Source of the DNA: Actinomycetes bacterium
Lineage (GTDB): Bacteria > Actinomycetota > Acidimicrobiia > Acidimicrobiales > Ilumatobacteraceae
Reading direction: 5' to 3'
Assembly: GCA_031371195.1 (NCBI GenBank)
Contig: JANMJD010000090.1
Location: 134 to 64,133, forward strand
DNA: 64,000 bases
Position numbers and translations under genes: made by a program. Shown piece after piece: positions 35,737 to 44,895 of this stretch. A model generated the notes under the pieces. It did not search any database and had not been told where the DNA came from. It saw only the letters and a program-made list of their open reading frames with translations. Each line of letters starts with the position of its first letter. The stretch's first letter is position 1.

Positions 35737-37140
35737 GGCGAGCGGCAGGTCCGGGCCGAGGGGCAGGCTCATTCGCAATGTCGCGCCCATGCCATCGGGA
35801 GGATCGATGAACGCGGCGACACCCCGGTGGGCACGGGCGATGTCGGCGACGATCGCCAGGCCCAGTCCGGTCCCGCCGTCATCGTCGGTGCGAGCGTCGT
35901 CCAATCGGGTGAACGGCTCGAACGTGCGCGTCCGGTCGGATTCGGCGATCGGTGGACCGTCGTTGGAGATCGTCACCGTCGCCGTCATCGACGACCTGTC
36001 GATGCTGACGGCTGCGCAGATACGACGCTGCGCATGCCGCTCGGCGTTGTCGAAGACGTTGCGCAACGCCCGTAGCAACAGGGTCTCGACCCCCGCGACG
36101 ACGACCGGCGCCGCGGGCGCCACGAACTCGTAGGTTCGCCCGGTCGCACCGTGGGAGCGGTGATCCACCTCGGTGCCGACGAGCGCCCCGAGGTCGATCG
36201 CCCGGGACTGCTCGGCCACCCGCGTCGGGTCGAGCCGGGTCAGTTCGAGCAGGTCGCGAGCCAGGTCCTCGAGCCGGTCGATCTCGGCGAGGGTATCGGT
36301 GGCCGCCTGGCGCCAATCGACCCGGTCGGGATGGGCGACGGCGACCTCCAACGTCAGACGCGCCGCGGCGAGGGGGCTGCGCAACTCATGGCTGGCATCC
36401 GCGGCGAAACGGCGCTCGCGTTGCCTGGTGTCGCCGAGGCGGCGCAATAGTTGGTTCAACGTCACCGCCAGCCGGGCGATCTCGTCACCCGTCGGGGGGA
36501 TGGCCAACTCCTGATCGAGGCGACTGGTCTGAATCTCGTCGACTTCGCGGATCAGATTGTCGACCGGCCCGACCGCCCAACCGGTCGCCGACCAGACGAT
36601 GATCACGAACCCGGCCACCAACAGGGGGATTCCCAAGATCATCAGCAGCTGGAAACGGTGCACGGTGCGATCGAGACCGGCCAACGAGGTTCCGGCGTAG
36701 ACGGCGACCGGGCCGATCCCGGAGCGCGCGGCGACACCGGCCACCCTCCACCTCGCCGAAGGCTCACCGAGCATCTTCAGGTTGACGGTCATCTCGGTGA
36801 TCGTGTCGGTGACCTTGAAGCTCGCCAGGATCGGCGCATCGTGCAGACCCGGGGTGGCGGCGACCACCTCACCGCGTGAGTCGATGATCTGCACCACACC
36901 GGTCTCGCGACCCGTCAACGGGACGTCGGTGGACACCTGACGGCGCTCGTCCGGCGTTACCAGTCCCTGAATGCGATCGCGCAACCCGCTGTCGATCTCG
37001 GACACCAACGAGCGGCGCTCCAAGCCGAGCAGGGCGACACCTCCGACGACGAGGGCCACCGCCAGCAGGGCCGAAGCCGCGAAGGTGACCCGAAGCCGGA
37101 TCGAGCGTGAGCGCAACCACCCGGGAGCGTCAGCGGGCAT
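35680..37140 (-). CDS. sensor histidine kinase (two TM, HAMP, HisKA, HATPase)
   Basis: H-box FAADASHELRSPLAAA. N-box NVFDNAERH and G-boxes DDGGTGLGLAIV. Overlaps the response regulator stop by 11 nt. The 3-prime end overlaps the convergent S51 gene by 57 bp. Confidence 0.9.
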   Translation of the reverse strand: MPADAPGWLRSRSIRLRVTFAASALLAVALVVGGVALLGLERRSLVSEIDSGLRDRIQGLVTPDERRQVSTDVPLTGRETGVVQIIDSRGEVVAATPGLHDAPILASFKVTDTITEMTVNLKMLGEPSARWRVAGVAARSGIGPVAVYAGTSLAGLDRTVHRFQLLMILGIPLLVAGFVIIVWSATGWAVGPVDNLIREVDEIQTSRLDQELAIPPTGDEIARLAVTLNQLLRRLGDTRQRERRFAADASHELRSPLAAARLTLEVAVAHPDRVDWRQAATDTLAEIDRLEDLARDLLELTRLDPTRVAEQSRAIDLGALVGTEVDHRSHGATGRTYEFVAPAAPVVVAGVETLLLRALRNVFDNAERHAQRRICAAVSIDRSSMTATVTISNDGPPIAESDRTRTFEPFTRLDDARTDDDGGTGLGLAIVADIARAHRGVAAFIDPPDGMGATLRMSLPLGPDLPLALPGELATDEFDGTDGLPT

Positions 37141-37795
37141 CGGCCGCTACCCGGTAGCCCGCGCCACGAATCGTCTCGATGGCCGCGTCGCCCAGTTTGC
37201 GACGCAGGGCCGACACGTGGACCTCGACCACGTTCGGACCGCCGTCGTAGGCGAAATCCCAGACGTGATCGAGGATGTCACCCTTGGGGACCACCTCGCC
37301 GGCGCGGCGCATCAGATATTCGAGCACCGCCTGCTCGCGCACCGTCAAGGTCACCGCGGTCCCGTCGAGCCGGCACGTGTGCGCAGCCGGATCGAGTTCG
37401 AGAGCCCCCGATCGCAGCACGGTCGCCGTCGGATTGGTCGCCCGCCTCAGTAGCGCGCGCACCCGGGCGAGCAGCACCGTGTACGAGAACGGTTTGGACA
37501 GGAAGTCGTCGGCCCCGTTGTCGAGCGCCTCCGCCTCGTCGAGTTCGCCGTCCTTGGCGGTCAGCATGAGAATCGGGGTGGCGATCTTGCGGGCCCGCAG
37601 GTCGGCGCACAATCGCAGGCCGTTGATCCCGGGCAGCATGATGTCGAGCACGATCAGGTCGTGGTCGAAGTTGGTGGCCATCCAGTGCCCCTCGGTACCG
37701 GTGTAGGCGACGTCGACGGCGAAGCCTTCGGCTTCGAGGCCGCGCACCAGCGCCGCGGCGAGTCGTTTGTCATCCTCGACGACCAGTAGGCGCAC
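37130..37795 (-). CDS. OmpR/PhoB-family response regulator
   Basis: GTG start. MRLLVVEDD, phospho-acceptor context LIVLDIMLPG, LMLTAK, SKPF. Winged-helix C-terminus with VHVSALRRKL. Confidence 0.95.
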   Translation of the reverse strand: MRLLVVEDDKRLAAALVRGLEAEGFAVDVAYTGTEGHWMATNFDHDLIVLDIMLPGINGLRLCADLRARKIATPILMLTAKDGELDEAEALDNGADDFLSKPFSYTVLLARVRALLRRATNPTATVLRSGALELDPAAHTCRLDGTAVTLTVREQAVLEYLMRRAGEVVPKGDILDHVWDFAYDGGPNVVEVHVSALRRKLGDAAIETIRGAGYRVAADAR

Positions 37796-37818
37796 TGGGC
37801 CATTGTGCCGGATTGAAC

Positions 37819-37861
37819 CTGAAGCCCACCTTCAGCGAGCTTCAAGGTCACTTCAGGTCAC
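37819..37861. promoter_or_regulatory. candidate response-regulator operator: phased CTTCA repeats
   Basis: CTGAAG (37819-24) is inverted to CTTCAG (37830-35). CTTCA occurs at 37830, 37840 and 37851 (10-11 bp phasing). The last two lie in the direct repeat CTTCAAGGTCA / CTTCAGGTCA. Sits in the 84-bp divergent region between the regulator and the membrane-protein/htrA operon. Confidence 0.4.
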
Positions 37862-37879
37862 CTACGTCATGCTGCGTCC

Positions 37880-38422
37880 ATGTCCCTGCGGAAACACGAC
37901 GAACCGGCGAGCGCAGCGCCCACCGCGACGGGTGCCGTGCTGCGAAGCATGATCGGCACGCCGCAAATCCGTCGGGCCGGGAGGGTGAACGTGACTCCCG
38001 CTGTTCGCCATGCCGCATTCGGCGCCCTGGGCGTCATCGTGCTCAGCCATCTGGCCGCGCTGTCGGGCACGATCACCGACGCACCGACGCTCGGCCTCGG
38101 CTTCGTGGTGGTCATCACCGCAGCGGTCTGGTCGGCCGCCCAGGTGCTGCGCGACCGCTCGGTCGGATGGATCGTCGGATGCGCCGTCGCCGTTGTGGCC
38201 GTCACGGCGTACATCATCAGTCGTACCGTCGGACTGCCGCTCGAGGGCGGCAAGTTCGACAACTGGTTCGATCCCCTCGGTGTGGTGGCAGCCGTCGCCG
38301 AGGGGATCGTCATCGCCCTCGGCGCCGTGATGATCCACCGGCAGCGGGCGATCCCGATCCGTGGTGGCGCCTTCAAACCACGGCCATCCACCCACCGGCA
38401 CTTCAACGGAGCACAACGATGA
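37880..38422 (+). CDS. integral membrane hypothetical protein (about 4 TM)
   Basis: Four hydrophobic helices (AAFGALGVIVLSHLAAL, LGFVVVITAAVWSAA, WIVGCAVAVVAVTAYII, LGVVAAVAEGIVIALGAVMI). Its stop overlaps the htrA start. Confidence 0.65.
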   Translation: MSLRKHDEPASAAPTATGAVLRSMIGTPQIRRAGRVNVTPAVRHAAFGALGVIVLSHLAALSGTITDAPTLGLGFVVVITAAVWSAAQVLRDRSVGWIVGCAVAVVAVTAYIISRTVGLPLEGGKFDNWFDPLGVVAAVAEGIVIALGAVMIHRQRAIPIRGGAFKPRPSTHRHFNGAQR

Positions 38423-39675
38423 CCAACACGCTGAACGACCATCCCCCGACGGAGCAATGGAATCCGGGACCCCCCGCCCTCGGCCTCCTTCCTCCGCCCG
38501 CGCCGGCCCTGGGACGCCCTACCCCACCGGGTCGTCCCGACTCGCTCCCGACCGACACGGGCGGGAGCGAGGGTCGGCGTCCTCGAACCACCTTGCGCGC
38601 CGCCTTCGCCGGTGGTGTGGTCGGCGCGGCCGTCGCCGCGGCGGTCGCCTTCGGGGTGGTGGACAACCACGATCGGACCGTGCCGGTGCTGCCCGTCCCA
38701 GCCGCTTCCGGGGCGATCCCAACCGGGGGCGCTTCCTCCGTCGCCCCCGGTTCGCTCGAAGTCCATGCCCTGATCGCCAAGGTGGAGCCGGCCGTGGTCG
38801 ACATCGAGGTCGGTGCGACGGCCGCCGACGGCTCGGTGCAAGCGATCGCCGCAGGCTCAGGAGTCGTGATCTCGGCCGATGGCCTGGTGCTGACCAACGC
38901 CCATGTCGTGCAGCTGACCGATCCGAGCGGTCAGACCATCGACAACCCCGTGTTCACGATGAAGATGAACGACGGATCGGTTCGGTCGGCCAAGGTGCTC
39001 GGGGCATCTCCCGACTACGACGTGGCCCTGATGCGCCTCGACGACACCTCGAACCTGTCGCCGATCGAACTGGGCGACTCGGCATCGGCCCGAGTTGGTG
39101 ACGAGGTCGTGGCGATCGGCAACGCCCTCAACCTCGGCGACGTGCCGACCGTCTCTCGTGGCATCATCTCGGCGCTCGAGCGCACGCTCGCCGTCGACGC
39201 CACGACGACGCTCCACGGGCTCATCCAGACCGACGCCCCGATCAATCACGGCAACTCGGGCGGCGCATTGGTCGACTCGGCCGGGCGGTTGATCGGTATC
39301 AACTCGGCCGGCATCCCCGACTCGCAGAACATCGGCTTCGCCATCGCCATCAACACGATCAAACCACTGCTCGACGACCTGAAGGCCGGCCGCACGGTCA
39401 AGGCCGAGCCGATCTCGTACCTCGGCGTCACCGTCGATCAGAGTCCGACCGGCGTGACGGTGACCGACCTGCTCAGTGACGGGCCGGCCCACACCGCCGG
39501 CATGAGAGCGGGCGACGTGATCGCCAAGATCGGCGACGCGACGATCAACACCACCGAGCAGCTGTCGAGCACGCTGCAGAAGCTCAGGCCAGGGACGAAG
39601 ACGACCGTCGAGGTCACCCGCAACGGTACGACCCAGACCGTCGACATCGTGCTGGGCACCCGCCCGACCGGCTGA
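38419..39675 (+). CDS. htrA: HtrA/DegP-family trypsin-like serine protease with C-terminal PDZ domain
   Basis: ATG overlaps the upstream stop (ATGA). Pro-rich head, TM, VLTNAHVV (His), DVALMRL (Asp), GNSGGALV (Ser). PDZ region GVTVTDLLSDGPAHTAGMRAGDVI. Confidence 0.9.
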   Translation: MTNTLNDHPPTEQWNPGPPALGLLPPPAPALGRPTPPGRPDSLPTDTGGSEGRRPRTTLRAAFAGGVVGAAVAAAVAFGVVDNHDRTVPVLPVPAASGAIPTGGASSVAPGSLEVHALIAKVEPAVVDIEVGATAADGSVQAIAAGSGVVISADGLVLTNAHVVQLTDPSGQTIDNPVFTMKMNDGSVRSAKVLGASPDYDVALMRLDDTSNLSPIELGDSASARVGDEVVAIGNALNLGDVPTVSRGIISALERTLAVDATTTLHGLIQTDAPINHGNSGGALVDSAGRLIGINSAGIPDSQNIGFAIAINTIKPLLDDLKAGRTVKAEPISYLGVTVDQSPTGVTVTDLLSDGPAHTAGMRAGDVIAKIGDATINTTEQLSSTLQKLRPGTKTTVEVTRNGTTQTVDIVLGTRPTG

Positions 39676-39706
39676 CACCGCGATCGGCTCACGGAGCCCT
39701 CAGGTC

Positions 39707-39744
39707 GGCGCCTCCCACCCCTCCCGCCCCGAGCGGGTGGCGCC
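39707..39744 (+). terminator. GC-rich hairpin downstream of htrA
   Basis: GGCGCC (39707-12) and GGCGCC (39739-44) close an inner CCCGC/GCGGG stem with a C-rich internal loop. No U-tract. Confidence 0.35.
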
Positions 39745-39761
39745 GGCCTGCATGACGCGAC

Positions 39762-39793
39762 CATCCCCGGGACCAACGACGTTCCCGGGGATG
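39762..39793. terminator. strong 11-bp hairpin in the htrA/PPIase convergent spacer
   Basis: CATCCCCGGGA (39762-72) pairs with TCCCGGGGATG (39783-93) around a 10-nt loop. Confidence 0.45.
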
Positions 39794-39816
39794 TTGGCGT
39801 GTTCGATGAAACCGTC

Positions 39817-39849
39817 GACCGGCTCGGCCGAGCGCTGAGCCGATCGGTC
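39817..39849 (-). terminator. imperfect hairpin at the 3-prime end of the PPIase gene
   Basis: GACCGGCTC pairs with GAGCC(gatc)GGTC with a 4-nt bulge. Abuts the stop at 39848-39850. Confidence 0.3.
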
Positions 39850-40783
39850 AGACCTCGGCGACCGTCAGCTTGACGATCTTGATCTCCTTCAACGGCGGCA
39901 CACCGTTGTCGGCAGGATTGCCGGCGGCATCGAGGTCCTTGACCGTCGTATCGAGACCGTCGGTGACCTGGCCGAACAGCGAGTAGTTCGGCGGAAGCGC
40001 GGCACCGCTGGCGCCGGTGATGATGAAGAACTGGCTGCCATTGGTGTCCGCCCCGCTGTTGGCCATCGCCAGCGAGCCGACCTCGTATGCACCGGCCGCC
40101 GGGAGTTCGTCGGCGAACGAGTAGCCCGGTCCACCGGAGCCGGTTGCCGTGGGATCGCCGCACTGGACGACGAAACCGGGGATCGCCCGATGGCACGTCG
40201 TCTCGTCGAAGTAGTGGTAGCCGGCCAGGGTGACGAAGTTGTTCACGGTGCCCGGCGCGATCGACGGGTCGAGAACGGCGGTGAACTTGCCCATATTCGT
40301 TTCGACGTCGACCTGGTACTTCTTGGTGGGATCGATGCACAGCTTGGGCGCATCGTCGAACTTCTGGGACTTCGTCGACGAACCGTCGGCCGCAGCACAC
40401 TCACCTTTGCCGTACACGAAGGGCTCGCGCGTCGGCGCCGTCGCCGGTGTCGTGTCGATCGGAGTCGTATCCGTCGGGAGGGTGGAGGCCGACGGATCGA
40501 CCGTGGCGGACGGATCGGTTGAGATCGCGGTGTCGACGGAGATCTGCGGCGTCGTCGCCGACGGATCGACCGCGGCGGCGATCGTGGTGGCAGCCGACTG
40601 ATCCTCGGACTTCGAGCCACGGTTGGTGAAGTACAGCACCGCGGTCAGCGCGACGGCACCTCCGACCAATAGCCCGATACGCAGCGCACGACGCTTGGTC
40701 TGGTGCTTCTGCTGTTCCTTGGCGATTTCCTGCAGCCGAAGCTGCCGGTTGGCCTTCTGACGTTCACGCTTCTCAGTACCCAC
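39848..40783 (-). CDS. cyclophilin-type peptidyl-prolyl cis-trans isomerase, membrane anchored
   Basis: Basic N-terminus, TM IGLLVGGAVALTAVLYF, Thr/Pro/Asp linker. Cyclophilin core HRAIPGFVVQCGDP...GSLAMANSGADTNGSQFFI. Confidence 0.9.
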   Translation of the reverse strand: MGTEKRERQKANRQLRLQEIAKEQQKHQTKRRALRIGLLVGGAVALTAVLYFTNRGSKSEDQSAATTIAAAVDPSATTPQISVDTAISTDPSATVDPSASTLPTDTTPIDTTPATAPTREPFVYGKGECAAADGSSTKSQKFDDAPKLCIDPTKKYQVDVETNMGKFTAVLDPSIAPGTVNNFVTLAGYHYFDETTCHRAIPGFVVQCGDPTATGSGGPGYSFADELPAAGAYEVGSLAMANSGADTNGSQFFIITGASGAALPPNYSLFGQVTDGLDTTVKDLDAAGNPADNGVPPLKEIKIVKLTVAEV

Positions 40784-40881
40784 GAAGGAGCGAGGCTATC
40801 GAACATGGCGGTCGGCTCGTCGGTCACCAGCGGTAATTGGGACGACGGCGCGACATGCGGCGCAGATAACATGCTCAACCC

Positions 40882-42132
40882 GTGGCCCTGATCGTTCAGA
40901 AGTATGGCGGCACCTCGGTGGCAGATCCCGACCGCATGCGGTCGGTGGCCGAGCACGTGGCGTTCACCAAGCGCCACGGTGCCGATGTCGTCGTGGTCGT
41001 CTCGGCAATGGGCAAGTCGACCGACAACCTCATCCAATTGGCCAATTCGGTGTCCAGAACGCAGCCGGGCCGCGAGCTCGACATGCTGCTGACGACGGGC
41101 GAGCGGGTGTCGATGGCGCTGTTGTGCATGGCGTTGGCCGACCTCGGCGTCGAGGCCGTGAGCTTCACCGGCAGTCAGGTGGGCATCGTGACCGACAATG
41201 TCCACGGCAAGGCCAAGATCCTCGAAGTCAAAGGCGATCGGGCCCGTGCCGCGCTGGCCGCGGGCAAGGTCTGTGTGGTCGCCGGATTCCAGGGCATCTC
41301 GACCGAACGCGAGATCACCACGCTCGGCCGCGGTGGTTCCGATACGACCGCCGTCGCCCTCGCCGCCGCCTTGGGTGCCGACGCCTGCGAGATCTACACC
41401 GACGTGACCGGGGTCTTCTCCGCCGATCCGCGCATCGTCCCCCAGGCCCGCAAGCTGCCCCGGATCAACTTCGACGAGATGCTCGAAATGGCCGGAGCGG
41501 GCAGCAAGGTGCTCGCCCTGCGCTCGGTCGAGTTCGCCAGCAATCACAACGTCCCCCTCCACGTGCGATCCAGTTTCACCTGGGAGCAGGGCACGTGGGT
41601 GACCAACGAGGAGCCAAACGTGGAAGACCCGATCGTCTCCGGCATCGTGCACGACGTCAACGAGTCGAAGGTCACCGTGCGCGCCGTCCCTGACCGGCCG
41701 GGTATCTCGGCGGCCCTGTTCGAACCGTTGGCCGAGGCCAACATCATCGTCGACATGATCGTTCAGAACACGTCGAAGGACGGCACGACCGATATCTCGT
41801 TCACCGTACCCAAGGCCGACATGGCCGTGGCCGAACAGATCGTCGCCCGAGTCGCCGGAGAGATCGGGGCCGAAGGGGTCGATCACCAGACCGATATCGC
41901 CAAGGTCTCGATCGTCGGGGCCGGGATGAAGTCGAGTCCGGGTATCGCCGCCAAGATGTTCCGTGTGCTCGCCCACAATGACGTCAACATCACGATGATC
42001 TCGACGTCGACGATCCGCGTGTCGGTGGTCATCGACGCCACCGATACCGAAAAGGCGTGCCAGGCCCTCCATACGGCCTTCGGACTCGACAGCGGGCAGG
42101 CCTATTCGGCCCCATTGCCCGATCGGAAGTAA
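40882..42132 (+). CDS. lysC: aspartate kinase
   Basis: GTG start. [22 protein letters not shown], two C-terminal ACT domains. An in-frame internal GTG at 41620 is preceded by GAGGAG (candidate beta-subunit start). Confidence 0.95.
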   Translation: MALIVQKYGGTSVADPDRMRSVAEHVAFTKRHGADVVVVVSAMGKSTDNLIQLANSVSRTQPGRELDMLLTTGERVSMALLCMALADLGVEAVSFTGSQVGIVTDNVHGKAKILEVKGDRARAALAAGKVCVVAGFQGISTEREITTLGRGGSDTTAVALAAALGADACEIYTDVTGVFSADPRIVPQARKLPRINFDEMLEMAGAGSKVLALRSVEFASNHNVPLHVRSSFTWEQGTWVTNEEPNVEDPIVSGIVHDVNESKVTVRAVPDRPGISAALFEPLAEANIIVDMIVQNTSKDGTTDISFTVPKADMAVAEQIVARVAGEIGAEGVDHQTDIAKVSIVGAGMKSSPGIAAKMFRVLAHNDVNITMISTSTIRVSVVIDATDTEKACQALHTAFGLDSGQAYSAPLPDRK

Positions 42133-42167
42133 GCGTCACCATCTCCGAACGCGTACCCTCTCGTATC

Positions 42168-43004
42168 GTGTCGAAACGCCGCCCGCAACTCGCCCCCTGG
42201 CGCACCGCGGGCCGGGTGTCCGAGGAGCAGCACACCGCCGACGACGTGGTGCGCGAGACGGGCTGGGTGTTCAACAACGAAACCGGTGAGCACCTCACCC
42301 TCGCCGAGTTCGTCGCCACGGGCACCGAGGAGGTCGGCTACTACTGCCACTACCTCGGGCTGTTCTGGGGTGAGCATGCCGCCGGGCGCACGTTCGTCGA
42401 GATCGGTTCGGGCATCGGCAGGATGACCGCCGCCCTCACTCAGCACTACGACCAGGTGGTGGCCTGCGACCTCGACGGGGCGTTTCTGGAGCGCTGCCGT
42501 GAAACGGTCGCCCAACACGGCCGGATCGACCGCCTCCGCACCGTGCACATGCCCGACGGCCGCAGCCTGCCGACGATCGACGATGCCAGCGCCGATGTGG
42601 TGTTCTCCTACATCACCTTGCAGCACTGCGAACAGGACACGGCGACCGCGCTGATCCACGAGGCGATTCGAACGGTGAAGCCGGGGGGTCGAGTAGCGCT
42701 CAACTTCCGCACCTGGACGGGCCGCGATGCCTTGCTCTTCCCGCTGGGCGCGCTCGTTCGGTTCAGCTGGCGAGTCGTGCCCAGCCGGTTCCGGCCGCCG
42801 CGGCTGGTGACCCGGATCGGATGGCAGGCCAACCGTCTGGGACCGCACGACGTCGTCCCGATGCTGCAGCGCCGATATCCCGATCTCGCCCTCACGCTGG
42901 TCTTTCAATCCGACAAACGGTCGTCGACCCTCAAGTCGCCGATTCCGGTGCACCGCCTCAGTGGGGTGCATCCGAGCCACTGGTGGCTCGTCGTTCAGCG
43001 ATAG
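42168..43004 (+). CDS. class I SAM-dependent methyltransferase
   Basis: Motif I FVEIGSGIGRMT, acidic loop VVACDLD, motif post-II ADVVFSYITLQH. The start is uncertain (GTG at 42168 is the first start after the lysC stop). Confidence 0.75.
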   Translation: MSKRRPQLAPWRTAGRVSEEQHTADDVVRETGWVFNNETGEHLTLAEFVATGTEEVGYYCHYLGLFWGEHAAGRTFVEIGSGIGRMTAALTQHYDQVVACDLDGAFLERCRETVAQHGRIDRLRTVHMPDGRSLPTIDDASADVVFSYITLQHCEQDTATALIHEAIRTVKPGGRVALNFRTWTGRDALLFPLGALVRFSWRVVPSRFRPPRLVTRIGWQANRLGPHDVVPMLQRRYPDLALTLVFQSDKRSSTLKSPIPVHRLSGVHPSHWWLVVQR

Positions 43005-43016
43005 CCGCGCTCGCGG

Positions 43017-44354
43017 TCATGCATCGCGGCCGCTCGCCGAACGGCACAGACGCGTGAGCGGACGGGCGAAGAACGCCACGGCGGTCACCTGCACGGCGGC
43101 CGCCACGAGGAACGGGGCGCGCAACGACACCTGTTCGGCCAGCACACCGCCGCTGATCGCCCCGAGCGGTACGACACCGAAGATGCACCAGCGGATGATG
43201 TTGCCCACCCGGCCGAGCAGGTGCCCGGGTACCCGACGTTGGCGCAGCGTCATGCTCGACACGTTCCCGAGCATGACGGCGATCGCTTCGACGGCCAGTC
43301 CGACGCCGGCCACCACGCCGCTGGTCGTGAAACCGATGAGGGCGTAACCGCCGCCGGCGACCAATGCGGCCAGCGACAGGGTCAGGGCCGGACCGCAGCG
43401 CCGATCGACCCGCCCCGCAGCCACACCTCCGACGATGCTCCCGATCGACGTGCAACCCAGCAGCAGCCCGTAGCCGGCGCTTCCGAGGCCGAATGTGCGC
43501 AGTGCACTGAGCACCAGCGTCGAGAGCACCATGGCCTGGCAGAACGCGAGGATGGCGATCACCCCGGCCAGCAGCATCAACAGCTGGTCAGCACGAAAGT
43601 GCCGCCATCCGTCGCGGACCTCGGCGCGTAGCGTGGAGCGCACCGCGGACAGGGATGGCGACACTGATGGCGACATCGACGGCGGGAGAGGCGGCGGTAC
43701 CGGCGGGGACGATGGCACCGGCCGAGGCGTCGCCTCGACCCGGCGGGGAATGGCTACGGCGATCAACGCCGCTGACACCAGGAAACTGATTCCGTCGGTG
43801 ATCAAGGGAGCGGCGATCGCCACGCCGAAGAGCACCCCGCCAACCGCTGGTCCGATGGTCTGCTCCGAGGCGGTCTCGGCCGCCAGCAGATAGCCATTGG
43901 CCCGGCCGAGTTGTTCGTCAGGCACCAGCCTCGGAAGTTCCACGCTGGCCGCCGCGCTGAACGCCGTCTGACCCAGGCCCAGGGCGAAGACTGTGAGATA
44001 CAGCAGCGGGAGCGACTGTCGGCCGATCAGTACGACCACCGCCAGCAGGACGAGCACCGTCGCCCGGAAGATCTCGATCGAGAACATCAGCCGACGACGA
44101 TCGAGTCGGTCGGCAAGTGCACCGGCCGGCAGCCCGGCTACCAGCCAGGGCAGCGCAGCGGCCATCGAAATGCCCGACACCAGTCGAGGATCGGTGGTCA
44201 ATCGCGCGGCAAGTAGCGGAAATGCTACGAGAACGACGCCGTCGCCCAGACCGGAGGTCAATGTTGCCGACCAGAGGGTCCAAAAGGGCCGTCCCAATGA
44301 GTAATTGGGTCGCTTGGCCATGCTGGATAGTCGGTGAGGCGCGCGAGAATGCAC
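43017..44354 (-). CDS. MFS transporter
   Basis: About 12 hydrophobic helices. GALADRLDRRRLM (MFS motif A-like) after TM2. Pro/Ser-rich central loop. Start at GTG 44354 or ATG 44321. Confidence 0.85.
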   Translation of the reverse strand: MHSRAPHRLSSMAKRPNYSLGRPFWTLWSATLTSGLGDGVVLVAFPLLAARLTTDPRLVSGISMAAALPWLVAGLPAGALADRLDRRRLMFSIEIFRATVLVLLAVVVLIGRQSLPLLYLTVFALGLGQTAFSAAASVELPRLVPDEQLGRANGYLLAAETASEQTIGPAVGGVLFGVAIAAPLITDGISFLVSAALIAVAIPRRVEATPRPVPSSPPVPPPLPPSMSPSVSPSLSAVRSTLRAEVRDGWRHFRADQLLMLLAGVIAILAFCQAMVLSTLVLSALRTFGLGSAGYGLLLGCTSIGSIVGGVAAGRVDRRCGPALTLSLAALVAGGGYALIGFTTSGVVAGVGLAVEAIAVMLGNVSSMTLRQRRVPGHLLGRVGNIIRWCIFGVVPLGAISGGVLAEQVSLRAPFLVAAAVQVTAVAFFARPLTRLCRSASGRDA

Positions 44355-44895
44355 CTATGACGACCCGACGCGCCCCGACGACGGTCGTAGAGGGAACGAC
44401 ACGTCGTGCCGACATCGATCTGGACGCAGATCGATGCACCATGCAGGCAACGAACGTCTACTCACAACAGGTACCGACACTCGAGACGGTACCGATGAGA
44501 GTACATACGACCACGGCAGCGAGTTTCGCAGGTCGAACCACACGGTGTCGACCCGTCGACCAATCCTGGCGGATGGCAGCGTAGGTCGTGCGATGAGGTT
44601 CTTCGACGAAAATATGTGGCAAACAAGCGTCACGTTCGCATTGCTTGCAAGTCAATTGAGGCATAGACAACGTTCAGGCCGTTCTCGCCAAAGAAACCGA
44701 CATGAACACCAACAGAAATGCGCCTCGGTCAGCAGAGGACCGAGATCAGCGCCAAGCTCCACCCTTCATTCGAACACACCTCCTTTCTCTCACTAAAGAG
44801 TTAACGGGCAGCCAAATACCACGCAGAGAGATCAATGCGCTACTCACAGTATAGCAGGCCGAACGGCCCATACGAAACGGAAAGCTGAGAATTTC

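Noticed and set aside
39707-39793. 6C-type small RNA (C-rich loops) between htrA and the PPIase gene
   Set aside because: Only the first hairpin has a C-rich internal loop, and the second loop is not C-rich. The position between convergent genes fits terminators better.
44434-44796. Small ORFs inside the 541-bp spacer: 44434-44796 (+), 44458-44670 (-, with a CxxC) and 44355-44633 (-)
   Set aside because: Mixed third-position composition unlike the surrounding genes, no ribosome-binding sites, no recognisable motifs, and the ORFs overlap each other.
44803-44835. c-di-GMP-I (GEMM-I) riboswitch upstream of the GGDEF-EAL gene
   Set aside because: Only a loose resemblance to the GGCAAA / ACGCAAAG cores. 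I could not draw the P1/P2 helices or the tetraloop-receptor. It needs a covariance-model search, so it is mentioned only as a test in the finding.
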